Of a stretch of DNA of 64,000 nucleotides, positions 60,555-64,000 are shown piece by piece (position 1 is the first letter of the stretch; each line of letters begins with the position of its first letter). The notes below the pieces were generated by a model that saw only the letters and a program-made list of their open reading frames with translations, was not told the DNA's origin and did not search any database. The position numbers and the translations under genes were made by a program. The DNA lies in contig CAIWIS010000237.1 in the NCBI GenBank assembly GCA_903912795.1, positions 15,736 to 79,735 of the forward strand. The letters are read 5' to 3'. This DNA comes from an uncultured Bacteroidales bacterium (GTDB taxonomy: Bacteria; Bacteroidota; Bacteroidia; Bacteroidales; Paludibacteraceae).

Positions 60555-61481
60555 ATGTCTAAAAAAGCTTCTACTCCTAAAGAATATCTAATTAATGGGG
60601 ATAATTACTATCCTAATACAGTTTCTAGCAGAATTTCATCATTACCTTCTGGAGCATATTCTTGCCATACAACAATGGAAGGTATTCCATATTTTAGTCC
60701 TATTAATATTATGACTGATAAAATTATTGATATTCCAAATTCAGTAACTGAAGAAGTTGTAAATGAAATTAAAAATTTTTGGTCAGAAGGTGTTTCTGCT
60801 AAATTTAAAGAATATGGTTTAGTTCATAAACGTGGAGTATTATTAGCAGGTAAACCTGGAACTGGTAAAACAGTAACTTTGGCTAAAACTGCTGAAATTA
60901 TTATTGAAGAAATGGACGGCATTGTCCTGTTCAATCCTTCAGCAGGAGACCTTCCTGGTTTTTTAAAATTAATTAAAGATATTGAACCAAATAGAAAAGT
61001 TTTAGTTATTTGGGAAGAATTTGATTCGGTTCTTAGAGGTTATGAATCGGAATTACTTTCTTTATTAGATGGTGAAATTCAAGTTGGTAATATTGTTTAT
61101 TTAGCTACAACAAATTATTTAACTAGAATTCCATCAAGAATTAAAAACCGTCCATCACGTTTTGCTAGAGTTATTGAAGTTAATGAACCAACTGCTGAAG
61201 CTCGTAGAATTTTCTTAAACGCTAAATTAACTCCGCAAGATAAACAATTACATTTAGAAGCTATGGTTCATGCATCTGAAGGTTTTGTTATGGATCAACT
61301 TAAAGATATGATTATTTCTGTATGTTGTTTTAATTATCCAATTGATGTTGCTGTTCGTAAAATTCAAGAAATGCAAGAAGATTCATTAGGAATTGATGAT
61401 TATAATGAAGAACAAGCTGAAAATGTTTTCAAATCTAAAACTAAAAGTTATAAAAATAAACCATTGCAACCATTAAAATAA
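60555..61481 (+). CDS. classic-clade AAA ATPase (second copy)
   Basis: Walker A GKPGTGKTV, Walker B LVIWEEFD, sensor-1 ATTN, NRPSRF Arg finger. Confidence 0.75.
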   Translation: MSKKASTPKEYLINGDNYYPNTVSSRISSLPSGAYSCHTTMEGIPYFSPINIMTDKIIDIPNSVTEEVVNEIKNFWSEGVSAKFKEYGLVHKRGVLLAGKPGTGKTVTLAKTAEIIIEEMDGIVLFNPSAGDLPGFLKLIKDIEPNRKVLVIWEEFDSVLRGYESELLSLLDGEIQVGNIVYLATTNYLTRIPSRIKNRPSRFARVIEVNEPTAEARRIFLNAKLTPQDKQLHLEAMVHASEGFVMDQLKDMIISVCCFNYPIDVAVRKIQEMQEDSLGIDDYNEEQAENVFKSKTKSYKNKPLQPLK

Positions 61482-61482
61482 T

Positions 61483-61695
61483 ATGGAAGCTATAGTTATT
61501 TTAAAAAAATCTAGAGAGGCCCTACAAAATAGGGCTTTACATTGTAATGATAAAATGGAACAATTACAATTAGAGATTGATAATTATAAAATAGAACTTG
61601 AAGATTGTATCAATAAAATACAAAATTTAAGTGAAGCTATAGATAAACTGGAGAATAAAAATGAATCTACAAGTAAAAGTAAAAAAACTAAGTGA
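61483..61695 (+). CDS. coiled-coil protein
   Basis: 70 aa. Confidence 0.5.
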   Translation: MEAIVILKKSREALQNRALHCNDKMEQLQLEIDNYKIELEDCINKIQNLSEAIDKLENKNESTSKSKKTK

Positions 61696-62104
61696 TAAAG
61701 CTGTACTTCCAGTACAAGCTGATTTAGGTTCAGCAGGAATGGATTTGACTGCGACTTCTGAAAAATTATTCATTGAAGGTGCAATTAGTTATGTTGAATA
61801 TGGAACTAGCCTTTCATTTGAAATTCCTGAAGGTTATGTAGGATTGTTATTTCCTAGATCTAGTATTAGTTCAAATACAACTTTAATGTTAGCTAATTCT
61901 GTTGGAGTTATTGATAGTTCTTATAGAGGTGAAGTCAAACTTAGATTTAAATCTGTTGTACCTATGGCAGCAAAAAAATATAAAGTTGGTGAACGTGTTG
62001 GTCAATTAGTTATTTTACCTTATCCTAAAGTAAAACTTATGGAAGTTGAAGAATTAAATGATAGTGATAGAGGTCAAGGCGGTTTTGGAAGTTCTGGTAA
62101 ATAA
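61661..62104 (+). CDS. dut: dUTP diphosphatase (trimeric dUTPase)
   Basis: GSAGMDL, PRSS, GVIDSSYRGE, GERVGQL and RGQGGFGSSG motifs in the canonical order. Confidence 0.9.
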   Translation: MNLQVKVKKLSDKAVLPVQADLGSAGMDLTATSEKLFIEGAISYVEYGTSLSFEIPEGYVGLLFPRSSISSNTTLMLANSVGVIDSSYRGEVKLRFKSVVPMAAKKYKVGERVGQLVILPYPKVKLMEVEELNDSDRGQGGFGSSGK

Positions 62105-62235
62105 ACCTAGCTGTTATGGAATTATGTAGATCTTGAAGCAGAAATGTACGTCAAGCTCTCAAAGTAAAGAAACTAGCAGTATGAGTTTTGGGTGTTCTCG
62201 GTTAACAAAATGCCCACCATTTTAAGGAGTTTGTT

Positions 62236-62538
62236 TTGGGAAAAACCAAAAATAAAAACCGTGATGAAATTGAGTTTTATAGAGGCATTATAAGAGATTT
62301 AGAAAAACAAGTTAGGACATTAAATAAAGAATTACAATATTATAAAAAACGTAATCACATATTTGACAGTACAAAACAGGATGAAGAAATTTCTCGTGAC
62401 AGTGAAGATACTATAATAAAATTACAAAAAAAAGTTCCTTGTGATGATTGCGGCAAGGGACACTATGAAGAATTTGAAATTTTAGATAAAGTATATGGCA
62501 CATGTAATGTTTGCGATCATAGAAAGAAGTTAAAATGA
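62236..62538 (+). CDS. zinc-ribbon protein
   Basis: TTG start 5 nt after AAGGAG. C-terminal CDDC...CNVC. Confidence 0.5.
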   Translation: MGKTKNKNRDEIEFYRGIIRDLEKQVRTLNKELQYYKKRNHIFDSTKQDEEISRDSEDTIIKLQKKVPCDDCGKGHYEEFEILDKVYGTCNVCDHRKKLK

Positions 62539-62867
62539 TTATTCGTAAAAAAGGTGAAACTGACAAACAATTTAATCAACGTCTTAAAGCTTATGCTGAA
62601 AATCTTGAAGAAAATAATAGAGCATTAAGAGTTTTATTAACTAATAATGACCATATTAATCCTAAAACTCTTAGAACATATAAAGATGAAGCCCAAGAAT
62701 TGTTTACAACATTGGGCATTATTAATGTTCAAATTAGAGAAGATAATTACGAAATGGCTAAAATTATGACAGAAAGTCAATTATCTACATTAGGATTTGA
62801 CATTGTGGATATTGCAACATTTGAATTTTTAAAAGATGGAGCTTATAATGGACAAAAAAGTTCCTAA
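62535..62867 (+). CDS. hypothetical protein
   Basis: 110 aa, ATGA overlap. Confidence 0.55.
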   Translation: MIIRKKGETDKQFNQRLKAYAENLEENNRALRVLLTNNDHINPKTLRTYKDEAQELFTTLGIINVQIREDNYEMAKIMTESQLSTLGFDIVDIATFEFLKDGAYNGQKSS

Positions 62868-63228
62868 TCTTTATACATGGTTAGTGCCTAAGCTTCGACA
62901 AATAGCTCGAATTTGGCCTGGTAAAAACATAGCTAGAGATTTAGCTAAAGAAAAAGTCCACATAGGATTTTACAAAAACGGCAATCCTGAATATAAAGTT
63001 ATGTATCGCTGTAGTTCATGTAAAGAATTATTTGATGTCAAAGAAACTCATATGGACCATATAACTCCAGTTGTAGGTCCTGAAGGATTTACTAATTGGG
63101 AAGATTACATTACTCGAATGTTTTCAAATCCAGATAATTTCCAATGTCTTTGTTTAATTTGTCACGGATTTAAAAGTGATCAAGAAAATAAAGAACGTAA
63201 AGAAAATCGTAAAAAAGCTAAAAAATAG
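62848..63228 (+). CDS. HNH endonuclease
   Basis: CSSC...HMDHITPV...NFQCLCLICHGFKS. I prefer ATG 62848 (GGAG SD). Confidence 0.75.
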   Translation: MDKKVPNLYTWLVPKLRQIARIWPGKNIARDLAKEKVHIGFYKNGNPEYKVMYRCSSCKELFDVKETHMDHITPVVGPEGFTNWEDYITRMFSNPDNFQCLCLICHGFKSDQENKERKENRKKAKK

Positions 63229-63256
63229 TTGACATATTAATATTATCTGATACAAT
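63229..63256 (+). promoter_or_regulatory. sigma-70-like promoter TTGACA-16-TACAAT
   Basis: Read directly from the sequence, immediately after the HNH stop. Confidence 0.55.
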
Positions 63257-63303
63257 ATATTTGTAATAGCGTCAGGCATATCACTTTTTACATAGGATAA
63301 TAT

Positions 63304-63612
63304 ATGTTTGAACAAATAAAAGAATTTTTTAAATTTAGTGCAGAAAAAGGGCTTAGATTTCCATATGCCTTTGATCCTGTAACAAAAAAACCTTCAGTTA
63401 CTTTATTTTTTGCATATGTTTCATTTTTTATTGCAGCAATATCATTAACAAGTTTACATTTTCAATCAGCATTATTAGCGGCAACAGGAATGTCTTTTGT
63501 ATTTACTGCAATGATGATTATTTTTTACTTGATTAGAAGTATAAGTAAAGCTAAAATAGATTTAGACGATAAAGAAATAGACTTAGAAAGTGGTGAAAAA
63601 GATGATAAATAA
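63304..63612 (+). CDS. membrane protein (two TM helices)
   Basis: 102 aa, TAGGA SD. Confidence 0.6.
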   Translation: MFEQIKEFFKFSAEKGLRFPYAFDPVTKKPSVTLFFAYVSFFIAAISLTSLHFQSALLAATGMSFVFTAMMIIFYLIRSISKAKIDLDDKEIDLESGEKDDK

Positions 63613-64000
63613 GGTTAAAACTGTGGTATACGCTAGTATATTAACTTTTAGTATTATTGCTATTGCAAGTTTTGCAAGCAATATGAAAAAAACTTTTAAA
63701 GATAAAACTCCGACTTCAGAAGTTTTAAGTATGACTACAGAAAACGGTAAATTGCCTGGAATTGTTCGTTTAACCACTTTAAACGAAGGTAAATTTTATT
63801 GTTCTGGAGCTGTTATTAGTGACACTGAAATTCTTACTGCAGCACATTGCGTATTTGGTTTACCTTTACAAATGAACATTGAATCTATAACAGTTAATAA
63901 TGAAAAAGTTGAAGTTTTGGGTAATGCTGCAGCAATTAATATTCGAGCTGATGTTGCCATTATCAAAGGCGATTTTAGTAAATTTTCAAAACTTAAATAT
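63602..64000 (+). CDS. secreted trypsin-like (S1) serine protease, 3' end runs off the window
   Basis: Absent from the ORF track because there is no stop in the window. My translation gives MINKVKTVVYASILTFSIIAIASFA... (signal/TM), then FYCSGAVISDTEILTAAHC (His motif) and ADVAIIKG (Asp motif). Confidence 0.65.
   Translation, partial: MINKVKTVVYASILTFSIIAIASFASNMKKTFKDKTPTSEVLSMTTENGKLPGIVRLTTLNEGKFYCSGAVISDTEILTAAHCVFGLPLQMNIESITVNNEKVEVLGNAAAINIRADVAIIKGDFSKFSKLKY

Noticed and set aside
1-64000. Evidence for a temperate lifestyle (integrase, attP, CI-like repressor) and canonical tRNA genes.
   Set aside because: No tyrosine or serine recombinase motifs and no canonical T-loop/anticodon-arm structures were seen in any non-coding gap. 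The absence applies to this window only.

Overview
The window reads as one contiguous piece of a strongly AT-rich tailed dsDNA phage genome. I saw no integrase, no canonical tRNA and no obvious host housekeeping genes. All calls come from reading the sequence and the ORF track by eye, with no database search. Layout: (i) Two minus-strand virion modules (1-15.6 kb and 17.3-24.4 kb). They hold the large terminase, portal, a T4-lysozyme-like protein, scaffold, major capsid protein, an M15 peptidase and a large set of mosaic fibre proteins. No tail tube, sheath or tape-measure gene is recognisable here. (ii) Plus-strand blocks of very small genes (15.8-17.2, 26.5-29.5, 31.3-32.3 and 34.9-38.6 kb). 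(iii) A plus-strand replication and nucleotide-metabolism block (39-64 kb). It holds nrdB/nrdA, a Cas4-like nuclease with an ERF-like annealase, an AEP-primase/DnaB-like helicase, a family B DNA polymerase split by a GIY-YIG endonuclease gene, two classic AAA ATPases, a ClpP-like peptidase, a class II aldolase, an NTP pyrophosphohydrolase-like protein, dUTPase and HNH endonucleases. Signals worth follow-up: (a) At least three promoter classes seem to be used. These are canonical TTGACA-17-TATAAT promoters, sigma-54-type TGGCAT-N5-TTGC(A/T) elements, and a phage-specific motif TTAACAAGT-N6-A. The last is found 11 times, always on the minus strand ahead of late genes, and a sigma-like gene lies at 51.7 kb. 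(b) A sigma-54-type promoter drives an amidoligase plus class II glutamine amidotransferase pair of unknown substrate. (c) Two GC-rich, ORF-free, highly base-paired segments (24.7 kb and 32.3-32.6 kb) look like structured RNAs. (d) Two families of short GC-rich repeats sit exactly at gene junctions. (e) An HNH/Mom-like fusion protein. (f) A dispersed TAATCGACT 9-mer that clusters and switches orientation around a 0.8 kb non-coding control region at 30.6-31.3 kb.
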